64,000 nucleotides of DNA from positions 20,274,001 to 20,338,000 of the forward strand of contig OZ024756.1 in the NCBI GenBank assembly GCA_964016885.1. Reading direction: 5' to 3'. The stretch's first letter is position 1; the number at the start of each line of letters is the position of its first letter. A program made the translations under genes and the position numbers. This DNA comes from Eledone cirrhosa. Taxonomy: Eukaryota. Positions 50,721-64,000 of the stretch are shown here, piece by piece. The notes below the pieces were generated by a model. That model had not been told where the DNA came from. It saw only the letters and a program-made list of their open reading frames with translations, and ran no database searches.

Positions 50721-51313
50721 ATTAATAGCAATAAGGCGTTAAGGTCTGATTCCTGGGTATGTCACTAAAACAAATTTTGTATTTTATCTGATGATGGCGC
50801 ACCAAAGTTTTGGTACCCTTGAAATATATATAATAGAATAAATATGTTTCGTTTCTGAATTTGTTTAGCAAGATTCTTTATCTGAAATCGTGTGTTGAAA
50901 CCGATATTGTTATACTTTGGGAGGGTCATGTTGCCAATAAGAAACACACGCACCAGTTGCTTTCACTTCAATTTATTATATATTTATAAATTTATAAATT
51001 TACAAATCTACAAATTTATAAATTTCTGGTTGGTTGGTTGGTTCCACAACCAGATAGTTGTTTATATAAACCAGATAGTTGTTTATATAAATAAATATGG
51101 TTTATATAAATAAATATGGTTTTATAAATATAGTTTCCATTTATTAATATCATTGATATATATATATAGTTTTGCGAGGTTTTTTATATGAAATCGTGTG
51201 TCGAAACAAATATTGTTATACTTGGGGAGGGTCATATTTGTGTAATATTGCCAGTGAGTGTGTTCTGTTATTAATTCTGGCAATATTACACAAATATGAC
51301 CCTCCCCAAGTAT

Positions 51314-51350
<37 letters not shown>

Positions 51351-51370
51351 CACACACACATACATATATA

Positions 51371-51569
51371 CGAGCGTCGACTGAAAAGGTCATAAGCTGA
51401 CCAAGATACTCTCATGGAATGACCAAATCGGGTTTATTTTTCAACATAGTCCCCGTAAAGAAACAATGCAGTTATTAATACGAAGAGTTGAAATTAATAT
51501 ATGCAAGATTTCACAGCTCTAGCATCACTTGTTCAATGTCAAGGCTATGAACTTTTCAGCCGACCCTCG
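51371..51569. mobile_element. Mariner-type MITE (Hsmar2/irritans-like TIR)
   Basis: TA-CGAGCGTCGACTGAAAAGGTCATA ... TATGAACTTTTCAGCCGACCCTCG-TA. Confidence 0.88.
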
Positions 51570-51899
51570 TACCAATCTAAGTCTGTAACAATATAGGTGA
51601 ACTCTGATGTTGTGGTATCAATTTCTCTCTCTCTCTCTCCCTCTCCCCTCTCTCTCTCTCTCTGTCTCTCTCTTTGTATTTATAAACTGTAACAATCGAT
51701 TGTGGTATTGATTTAGTTCATTAGAGAACATAAATCGTATGTAATCCGCAAGTCTTACCATCTTTTCCAGGATAGGTCCACCATGTATGTATATCATCTT
51801 CAGCTGCCAACTCATGTACAGTAACTCAGCGATTAAAACGTTGATGAAAAAAAAAAAGATAAAACGAGAACATTATCGTTTTCCTTACATATATGAATA

Positions 51900-53670
<1,771 letters not shown>

Positions 53671-53703
53671 ACAAATAGTTCCACAACAGTTAGTTCACCA
53701 TAC

Positions 53704-53742
53704 CGAGAACAATTGTTTCACCTTATTCGGATCATCAGCTCG
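53704..53742 (-). ncRNA. Minimal type I hammerhead ribozyme
   Basis: Minus strand CGAG-CTGATGA-tCCgaataaGGt-GAAAC-AATT-GTT-CTCG. Confidence 0.8.
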
Positions 53743-53847
53743 TTGTGGAACTACTTCTACCAAACTTGTCGATAGACTGAGTGCTCTACTAATACGGATA
53801 TAATCCACCAGTGTTCTAATATTATATATATATATATATAATAGTAG

Positions 53848-53905
<58 letters not shown>

Positions 53906-53906
<1 letters not shown>

Positions 53907-54299
53907 GAGGGTAATCCCAAAAGTAAGGTCTCCAAAGCGATGAGGACGCTGAGAAACTGTTCGTACGGCTGTTGGCAACACTGTTGTGATTGGTGCTTCC
54001 TTCACTCCCAAACAAGCATGCGGGCGCTTCGCTGGGATGCTCGATCTTGGCTTGGCAGCCGTTGAGAATGGAGCTCCCGTTAAACGCTACCGCCAAGTGC
54101 GAATTTCGCGCAGTTATTATATACGAGGGCAATTCCCAAAGTAAGGTCTCCTTCCGAAAAAAACATGCGTAAAGATCGGCGGATCACTCTAGATGGTCTC
54201 TGCATTTTGGTTCCTGAGGTTTCCCGAAGCACCATCCACAGGATTTTAACGGAAAAGTTGCAATATCGGAAGGAGACCTTACTTTTGGGATTGCCCTCG
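53906..54299 (+). mobile_element. Nested mariner-family elements: 5' fragment (53906-54121) plus MITE (54124-54299)
   Basis: Two left TIRs CGAGGG(T/C)AAT(C/T)CC(A/C)AAAGTAAGGTCTCC and one right TIR, each with TA; transposase-like start MELPLNATAKCEFRAVI at 54068. Confidence 0.85.
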
Positions 54300-54330
<31 letters not shown>

Positions 54331-54348
54331 GATAATAATCATGATTAT

Positions 54349-54722
54349 AATAATTGTTTCTATTTTTGGCACAAGGCCAGCAATTATCCCAGTGTATTGC
54401 TGCTACTTTATTTTATAGACCCCGTAAGGATGAAAGACAAAGTTAACCTCGGTGAGATTTGAATTCAGATCTTAAAGGGGAGTAACTCTGTGCTGGAAAT
54501 CATGGCGTCCGGCCCTCTACCGATACTGCCAATAATTGTTTCTACTATTGGCACAAGGCCAGAAAATTACCCAGTACATTACTGGTACTTTATTTTATCG
54601 ACCCCGTAAGGATGAAAGGCAAAGTTAACCTCGGCGGGATTTGAACTCAGAATGGCAAGGGCCGTAACTCTATGCGTCAAAGCATGGCGTCCGAACCTCT
54701 ACCGATACTGCCAATCCACGCC
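54349..54722 (-). mobile_element. SINE family A tandem dimer
   Basis: Two near-full copies head to tail. Confidence 0.9.
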
Positions 54723-55898
54723 AATAATGAAATAAAGACAGTTAATTTAGACCATCCCAATTTATTTTATTATACGTATTTCGAAGATGTAAGGTTTATG
54801 TATAACATAAGCCAAAACATGTTCTCTTCAGACAAAATCCACTGGAGATGTAGAAATCATTTGATATGCACGCGGTCAGACGAGCTGTTCAGATCCGTAG
54901 CCAACAAGCATATGAGATATAAAACCTCAACACAGAAGGTATTATTTGAGTGGGAGAAATATTACAATATGTATTGACGTCTTCGAACTAGCGATAGTAT
55001 GATGATTTTGAATTGGTCAATAAAATCAAAACAAAAACAAATATTGACCGTTAAGCTATTTATTTATAACTTAAGTTAGATTAAATTAGATATTATAAAT
55101 GCCAGGTCACTCTTGAGTGTTACTGGTAGCATGTAACCCAGTACAACCAGTCGCATGGTCGGGTCGTCGGCGACCCGATACCCTGCAGGACAAAAAACAA
55201 AATCTGACAAAGGGCAAAAGAACTCATAAGAGTCAACGGCCATCTAAAAATAGAAAAAAATCCTGTCAAATCAATGGGTGGCAGTAGTTCCAGCTGCACA
55301 CATCGAAAGACTCGTATAGTGGTTCTGAGAACAATGCGGCTTTGCAGATGATCAATGCAAATTTACAATGGAAAGGCGCTCCCGCTTGAGTTAGAAAAGA
55401 ACTATTGACCTTCAGGAGAAGCAGCGACCCCTGATTGTATTCAGCAACCGAAAGAAATATATACTAAAAAATATATATTCGGAGATGCAAATTAATAATG
55501 TAACTATATAATGAAGAAAAATTTATAAATGATTAATTTCGTAGACAATTTATCGTAGTTTATGTAAACAATTTATTTCAGTAGATATTATGAGAGTGGA
55601 AACAATATTTAACAATTTGCTTAGCTAATTGGCTAGGTTATTATTTTATATGATTAATAAATTGGATCAAAAGAAAAGATGTATTTGTTTTAGCCTAATT
55701 AGTTAAAACGAAAAATGCATGTATTATAGCCTAATATGTCAATTTATATTAAAATTAATTCGTTTATATACTAATTAAAGTTAAAATAGATGTAAAAGTT
55801 ATGATGAAGAAATATTATAATACTTATTTGTTTTATTTGGCTAATTAACGATTTATAAATAAAAAATCAGAAAAACTATATATAAAGAAAATTTGATA

Positions 55899-56279
55899 TT
55901 ATTTATTTAATAGTCCATTAAATTTTATCTTAAATTTAATTAAATATTCTATGAAACGTTTGCCAAACTTATGAAGACAAGAACTAAAGATGATTTCAGA
56001 GCGTTTGTTTATAATTAAATAACTATTTTGAATAATGTGGAGAATCTCTGTGGTACAGAGGTCACATCCCTTAGATATACATGCATTTTCATAAGGCAAA
56101 GCACGAGAAAGTTTCTGCCAAGAAAGGGAATATTCAATATTATTATTTATAAGTAACCAAATCAATTTGGAGAGGGCCGTACTAAATCTTTTATCTTGTC
56201 TTTTAAACGAGTGGCAATGGTTATACCACCTTTCTTTAAATTTAGAAGTAGCACCAATATAATTATAATAAAACTCCGG
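55899..56279 (-). pseudogene. Penelope-like retroelement GIY-YIG endonuclease C-terminal fragment
   Basis: Frame extends upstream of the listed ORF to a stop at 56280-56282: YYNYIGATSKFKERWYNHCHSFKRQDKRFSTALSKLIW...SW...PY...CDLCTTE...INKRSEIIFSSCLH. Confidence 0.88.
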
Positions 56280-56356
56280 TTAAACATATACCGTTGAGTA
56301 CTTGTAATCTGTTATACATATCAGCTGATTCTAAATCAACTAACTTTTATTCATTG

Positions 56357-56421
<65 letters not shown>

Positions 56422-56423
<2 letters not shown>

Positions 56424-56473
56424 CTTTCCTGATGATTTCCTTCGAATGAAACAGTTCTAGCCCTGTAGAAGCC
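56422..56473 (+). ncRNA. Type I hammerhead ribozyme, same family as 22673-22721
   Basis: GGCTTTC-CTGATGA-tTTCcttcGAAt-GAAACAG-ttctagcc-CTGTA-GAAGCC. Confidence 0.8.
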
Positions 56474-56545
56474 ATTTCAATATTAAACACTGTATATACT
56501 CTACTATGTATTGAGTACCCTACTTACTGTGGTTCCCCCCGATTG

Positions 56546-56661
<116 letters not shown>

Positions 56662-56841
56662 ATACATTAACAGAGAAAGCTTTAAGCGATACTCTGACCA
56701 ACTCCATCTCACTTAACAAACATTAGGATATTCCTAAGTATAATCCCAATTAAGTGTTTGGGGTGCTAACTATATAGTATTTCGTGGAAAGTTGGTTGTA
56801 TTATTTTATATGAGACATAATCAAATACATCTCTCTTTCCT

Positions 56842-56964
56842 TCCATACGATCGTTTCGTTATAAGATTTTTACAAGTTGGGATAAATAATGTCCAAGTTA
56901 TGTAGAAACTTGTATATAATCCATAGATATACACACAAGCGGGCCCTTATAACTCATCAGTGGA
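56842..56964 (-). ncRNA. Type I hammerhead with about 96-nt branched stem II, homolog of 23471-23596
   Basis: Minus strand TCCA-CTGATGA-GTTATAAG...CTTATAAC-GAAAC-GATC-GTA-TGGA; downstream flank 56656-56840 aligns by eye with 23597-23783. Confidence 0.88.
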
Positions 56965-57075
56965 TTCCCATGCAATATTGATATAAAAAATTACATCGAT
57001 ATTAATAATTAGTGATGGTCTCCCTCAGTGCTAGAAGGACAGCTAAATTTGAAAAGCCAGTAGTCCTTCAAAAAG

Positions 57076-57147
<72 letters not shown>

Positions 57148-58288
57148 TGATAACACAGACATATTAAGACAAAGAATATTTCGAGGCTCAAATGTGATTT
57201 TATATTCCACAGTAAGATAGGTAAGAGACAGTTCAGAATCTAATCCAATCGGTATTGGGATCGATTCTTCCTCTGTATCTCTGTCTTTCTTGCATTCTCT
57301 CCCTCTCTCTTTCCTTCTCTCGAAGAAACCTCCTGCATTCAGACCTGGAGAGAAGATTGGACCCGCCAGGTTTGAAAATGCCCTAGAAAAACCGTATGTC
57401 AGAACGGTGCCCCTACGACCCTCTCAAATTACACAATTATGCAATGTGTAATTTGAGGGAAATTCAGCTATTATTTCTAGCTGGCCGGGTGGCCGGTATA
57501 GGCAGGCATTCTCTTTTGTTTGGCTCATCTACGAAATTACCGCTGCTGTTGTTGGCGAAAGCAAAACCATTATTCCAGACAGGGAGAATACAATTTTGAT
57601 TACCGAGTTTATTTTGGTCAAGACTTGGTTACAAAACAAAGAAAAAAATAGAATATTTTTTAAATAAAGAAAATTAAAATGAAGACCAACATCAAATAAA
57701 TAGATAAAAATTTAAATATTTCTTTTATTTTATTTTCAGTATTTTTCATTTTTATTTTATTTTATTTTATTTTATTTTATTTTATTTTATTTTATCAATT
57801 TTCTTTCACCTTTTTTTTTCTTTTTCAAAATTAGATTTAGTATCTCCGACGATCGATATTCTAAATGGTGATCGAGTCATTTATAGTGAGATACGAGTGT
57901 TAGAAATGTAAACTACATATTGAATTGGCAGCAAACTGAGAAATATTTCTATTTGAGAATTGGCAAAATGTCGCCATGACTTCTTCGTTAATGTATTTCG
58001 CGCCATTTCCTAAAATAAAGATCGCTGGCATGACTAGAAAGCATAATTTAAATCACTTGCTCTACATACATAATCGCTGGCCCTTCAAAACACAATTTAT
58101 TTATTTATTCTACATTCAAATCGAATCTCTGGAGTAAAACTTTCGATACATACAGATTTATCAATATTCATTGGTTTTTTTTTTCATTTTCTTTTGTTAT
58201 TTTTTTAAGATCCCCCCCCCCCCCTCCCTTATTTACAAATAATTCTCAAGGGTGTTTGGTCATATTTCATTTTGGAAGTTTTATACAG

Positions 58289-58836
58289 CAGACCTGTTAA
58301 CTCTCCCAGTCCAACATTTCTCCCCGTTTGAGGGCACTTTTTTCATGGAACTCCCCGTTTTGGATTTTAGAGGTTAGGTCTGATATATATATATATGAGA
58401 GAGAGAGAGGGAGACCTGTCAACTCTCCCCGTCCGATAAGGAAATCATCCACCCACTTTGGGGTGGGTGAGAGATGTCTTCTCTTGTGAAAATGGGTATA
58501 GCTTTCAGTATGTAAAATCTCCCAATTTTGCTTTATTTCTCCCCGTTTTGGGACACCCTTTTTCATGTTACTCCCCGTTTGGGTTTTTAGAGGTTGGCAG
58601 GTCTGCAACATGGATAATCTTGTCATGGGGTCGGCACAACTAACCCCTGCATTTGCAGAGAAGATTGTCTTAAAACGCTAGTTGGTGTATTTTGTTAATA
58701 ATGATTTCTGCTTTAGGCATAATATCAGCATAATTTTCATTATGTAAAATCTCCCTATTTTGCCTCATTTCTCCTCGTTTGGAAGCACTTTTTTCATGGT
58801 ACTCCCCTTTTGAGTTTTCAAAGGTTGGCAGGTCTG
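58289..58836. mobile_element. Cluster of three short TIR elements (58289-58382, 58411-58605, 58741-58836), superfamily uncertain
   Basis: Ends CAGACCTG.../GTTGGCAGGTCTG; internal repeated CTCCCCGTTT. Confidence 0.65.
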
Positions 58837-59624
58837 TTACAACTTGCTGGTTTGTTTCCGAATAGCAGGAACCGTTGTAGTAGCAGTGGTAGAGTAGTTA
58901 CAGAATGAGGAGACATGATGTCTGTAAACTTCTGTTTTGCAGCGAGTTGGGGGAATAAGTTTTTTTGTCATCCAATCGAATTACCTTTTCCTGATATTTC
59001 TATGTAGTAGGAATTTTTTTCAACACGTTGACGCGTATTGTATGTGTGTGTGTGTGTGTGTGTGTGCGTACATTTATATGTATGAGTGTATAAATATAAA
59101 CGTGCAAACACCGACACACTTACAGAAATACACACTCACAGACATACATTCACACAAATACACATACATTCACACAAACACACACATTCATTCACACAAG
59201 CACACACATACATTCACTCACACAAACACACAAACACACTCACACATTTACACAAGCACACACATACATTCACACAAACACACACACACATACATTTACA
59301 CAAGTACACACATACATTCACACAAATACACACACACATACATTTATACAAGCACACACATACACATACACTCAAACACAGCGTATGAAATGGAACGTCA
59401 GCCGATGATTTACTATAGTTTTTTCACCATCCCTTTCCTTCTGTTTACACATATATACATTCACACAAACACATATGCATACATACACACATTGTGTGAC
59501 GGACGGACGGAAGTCGCTCAAATTTAAATATAGATAACAGTAACTGAGAGCTGTTTAATATACATGAACAGTACTGTATTGTGTGTGCACAGCAGCAGCG
59601 AAACAGTCCCATAGATAAGCATGT

Positions 59625-60200
59625 GTGTGGTGTGGTGTAGTGTGGTGTAGTGTGGTGTGGTGTGGTGTAGTGTAGTGTAGTGTAGTGTGGTGTGGTGTGG
59701 TGTGGTGTGGGGTAGTGTGGTGTGGTGTGGGGTAGTGTGGTGTGGTGTGGTGTGGGGTAGTGTGGGGTAGTGTGGTGTGGTGTGGTGTAGTGTGGTGTGG
59801 TGTAGTGTGGTGTAGTGTGGTGTGGTGTGGTGTGGTGTGGCGTGGTGTAGTGTGGTGTGGTGTAGTGTAGTGTAGTGGGGTGGGGTGTGGTGTGGTGTGG
59901 TGTGGTGTAGTGTGGTGTGGTGTGGTGTGGCGTGGTGTGGTGTGGTGTGGCGTGGTGTAGTGTGGTGTGGTGTAGTGTAGTGTGGTATAGTGTGGTGTGG
60001 TGTGGTGTGGTGTAGTATAGTGTAGTGTAGTGTAGTGGGGTGTGGTGTGGTGTGGTGTGGTGTGGTGTGGTGTAGTGTGGTGTGGTGTGGTGTAGTGTGG
60101 TGTGGTGTAGTGTGGTGTGGGGTAGTGTAGTGTGGTGTAGTGTGGTATAGTGTGGTGTGGTGTGGTGTAGTGTAGTGTGGTGGTGTGGTGTGGTGTAATG
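59625..60200. repeat. (GTGTG/GTGTA)n pentamer repeat
   Basis: Direct inspection. Confidence 0.97.
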
Positions 60201-60942
60201 TGGTGTAGTATGCATGTGGCTTGTGTGCGTGTGGTATGCGAGGCGTGTGTGGGGTGTGTGGTTTCTGTACGAGTAGTGTGTGAGACATGGGTGTGATGTG
60301 GTGTGATGTGGTATTGTGTTGCGTGGTGTGCGTGCATATAGTTTGTGTGAGTGTGGTGTGTGAGGCGTGTGCATGGTGTGTGTGTTGTGTGTGTGTTGTG
60401 TGTATGGTGTGTGTGCGTGTGTATGGCGTGTGTGTCGTTTGTATGCGTGTGCAGGCGTGTGAGAGAAAGATAGATAGAGAATAGAGCTCTCTATTGTGTG
60501 TACAGTACTGGCACATTCCCATGTGTGTGTGTGGGGAGGATCCTCCGTTGATGTCGACGATGATCATTAAATTGTTAGATCAGGTGAACGTCTTATTCGT
60601 GAAATGAAGGTGTACTGTGACTCGGTGCTCCACAGACTCAGAGGCCAGTGAACTAAAGAGACGAGGAAGAAGAGACGGGAATGAGCTTAAACAGAAGGAA
60701 TTTCTGAGAAAGACAGAGAAGAGGAGCGAGTTATTACAAAATAATAATAATAGTAATAATATTAATAATGATTTCTTTATTGGCCACAAGGGCTGACATC
60801 AAGAAAAACATTACAGACGGTACGATGTAGGTTTTGTGCGTGTAAATATTTTTATTATTTATATAAGAAAAGAAACAGAAAAAGACATAGAAACATATAT
60901 ATATATAAATAATAATAATAAAAATAATAATAATGATAATAA

Positions 60943-61495
60943 TAATTGTTTCTACTTTAGGCACAAGGCCAGCAATTACCAGTGCATTACTGGTACTTTA
61001 TTTTATCGACCCCGTAAGGATGAAAGGCAAAGTCAACCTCGGCGAATGATTTCATTTATTAGCCACAAGGGCCGACATAATGATAATAATAATAATTGTT
61101 TCTACTTTTGGCACAAGGCCAGCAATTACCCAGTGCATTACTGGTACTTTATTGTATCGACCCCGTAAGGATGAAAGGCAAAGTTGACCTCGGTGGAATT
61201 GGAACTCTGACTGTAAAGGGCCGTAACTCTATGCTGAAAAGCATGGCATCCAACCCTCTACCGATACTGACAATCTACCACCCTAATAATGGTTTCTTAT
61301 ATAGGAGGCACAAGGCCAGCAATTTGAAGGGTAGGGGGAAAGTCAATTAAATCGACCCCAGTGCATGACTGATACTTTATTTTATCGACCCAGTAAGGAT
61401 GAAAGTTTACCTCGGCGGGATTTGAAATCAGAACGTAAAGGACCATAACTCTCTGCTGCAAAGCATGACATCCGACGCTCTACCAATTCTGCAAT
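60943..61495 (-). mobile_element. SINE family A cluster, 3 copies
   Basis: Family motifs. Confidence 0.88.
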
Positions 61496-61965
61496 AATAA
61501 ATCTGCAGCAGATTTGCTATATAAATATTAGGTTGAATTTATGACTTAATACTTTAATTCTCTCCCCTGAGGTTGAATCTTTCATACTGGAGACACATTT
61601 AGCTGATGATGAAAGAAAGGTCAACCTAGCAAACATTTTCAAAGCTATTCTGTTAGTAATGCTATCTTTAGAAGAGAACCAGGCGCTAATAAGAGAAAGT
61701 CTTGGAATAGTCAATAAGGAAATTTATTCCGTCCCCGTATCGCTCGTTCAGATAATCTGTTTTGAAGATAATAATTTGGTTATTTTAATCATATTTTGGC
61801 CATTTGGACTGTATCTCTTCAAAGAAAACTCCAGATATTAATGTCGTTACTTTAATTGTATTGTGCCTGATCACTCTTTTAAAACTGAACTCAACAATGT
61901 TATGTAAATCACTAAAAGAAAATGCGTGTGTATGGATGTATATATACATGTGTGTGTATGTGTAT

Positions 61966-62030
<65 letters not shown>

Positions 62031-62260
62031 AGTGAGTGTGTAACAATACAGACGGTAATGTTTGTAGAAATATTTTCTATTTCCATTTTTTTTTTTCCAG
62101 CTAATTTGGTTTCGGCTAACCATAGTATATATTACTGTTACATCATCAACCCTTGTGGTTAAGAAAGAAAGCATTTTATATTACTACTACATCATGGTTA
62201 ACTATACGGAATGACCAGTTTCATCCAGTGGAAGACCACCAAACGTATATGTGTGTGTCT

Positions 62261-62378
<118 letters not shown>

Positions 62379-62547
62379 CTATATATAAATATATATATAT
62401 ATGTATCTATATATAAATATATATATATATGTATCTATATATAAATATATATATATATGTATCTATATATAAATATATATATATATGTATCTATATATAA
62501 ATATATATATATATGTATCTATATATAAATATATATATATATGTATC

Positions 62548-62587
<40 letters not shown>

Positions 62588-62603
62588 TATATATATATGT
62601 ATC

Positions 62604-62655
<52 letters not shown>

Positions 62656-63087
62656 CAGAGAGAGAGAGAGATACATATATATATGTAGATATACATATAT
62701 GTATATCTATACATATATGTATATCTATATATATATGTATATCTATACATATATGTATATCTATACATATCTATATATACATATATAGATATACATACAT
62801 ATATATGTGTGTGTGTGTGTCTACTATAAATTCTTATCTGTACCCAAACAATACAGGCTCAAACAGTAGCTGAGAGAAATGTGTATAAAGATGCAGTTTT
62901 TTAAATATTTAAACATGTAAAAGTGTCTTATTCAGGTCTTTCTTCGTAAACTGAGAAAGATGAACAGCTTGGCTCCAGTTTCGATCTTTATTGAGATCCT
63001 CATCAGATACTTTCTACATCCTTCACAATCCACGGAGAAATACCCTAACTAAAGGATGTATTGAATATCTTCGCGGATAGATAGAAG

Positions 63088-63566
63088 GGTAGGTAAGTAG
63101 GTAAGTAGGTAGGTAGGTAGGTAGGTAGGTAAGTAGGTAAGTAGGTAGGTAAGTAGGTAGGTAGGTAGGTAGGTAGGTAGGTAAGTAGGTAGGTAGGTAG
63201 GTAGGTAGGTAGGTAGGTAGGTAGGTAGGTAGGTAGGTAGGTAGGTAGGTAGGTATATTTCTTTATTTGCCACAAGGGCGTACAAAATTGGAACATTACA
63301 AGACGTGACGGCGGGGTTTTTACATAAAATCTTTAACAATAATAATGAATAGCAATAAAATATATACAAAATAAAACAATCGAAATCCCCAATAGGGGGG
63401 AGGGGACGTTACTGCGGGGCTGTTTTACACCCCGTGGATAGAACAACTGTCAACACCAGGAACACGTTTCGTAGGTGTTCCCATCTTCCCTCCTTTTGTC
63501 TTCCTCAACCTACAGGTTTATATACAGAGAAGGGCCATTCACTCGAGCCAGACAGATAGATGGATG

Positions 63567-63645
<79 letters not shown>
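63088..63645. repeat. (TAGG)n at 63088-63254 and (GATA)n at 63553-63645
   Basis: Direct inspection. Confidence 0.95.
63255..63330 (-). repeat. Retroposon 3' tail family (other copies about 26905-26975, 37015-37085, 60770-60830)
   Basis: Shared GCCC(T/C)T(G/C)TGGCNAATAAAGAAA motif with AATAAA, usually followed by a simple repeat. Confidence 0.5.
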
Positions 63646-64000
63646 GAATGAAGAGGAGGGGGAGGTAAGTGACATGGTTGATGTGGGAAGGTTCATTATG
63701 TCAGAAGAAGAAGAAGAAGAAGAGAGAAAGAAAGGAATAGATCAAATAATTAGCAACGTTTTAAAAATGCCAGTTCAACGTTTTCAAAGATCGTTAATAA
63801 AAGATTCTTTGGAAAAAGTCAAAAATCTCCGGAGATTTAAAGCAAGTTTAATGGTGTATAAACCATGGTGTATAAACTGGAAAGCTGTTGGGATAATATG
63901 TTATTGTTTTATTGGGGAGGATGGTGTTTGGTGGTGGTGGTCGTCGTCGTCGTCGAGATGGTGGTGGTGGTGGTGGTGGTCGTGGTGTTGGTGGTTGTGG

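Noticed and set aside
61517-61841. Overlapping short ORFs in unique sequence
   Set aside because: No recognisable domain or convincing splice signals
62960-63010. Hammerhead on minus strand (CTGATGA-GGATCT...AGATC-GAAAC)
   Set aside because: Core and stem II are present but stem I and the cleavage site do not pair; at most a truncated remnant

Overview
Eukaryotic, non-genic or intronic, extremely repeat-rich DNA with a 200-N assembly gap at 8770-8969. The dense tRNA-derived SINEs and huge (TA)n/(CA)n tracts suggest an octopod cephalopod (inference from recognised repeat style, no search run). No host protein-coding gene can be supported, and the YI/CV/TH/SL-rich ORFs in the track are microsatellite artefacts. 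Supported elements are a full-length but frameshifted D,D34D mariner (3724-4965), mariner, Tc1, hAT and TTAA-type MITEs, RTE and CR1-like LINE remnants, a Penelope-like GIY-YIG endonuclease fragment, two SINE families and several minisatellites. The most notable signal is a set of about ten type I hammerhead ribozyme motifs from several families. They mostly lie beside microsatellites and often sit in long fold-back palindromes. Several have self-complementary stem III loops, and several carry large (64-115 nt) structured stem II insertions, with structure conserved between two diverged copies.
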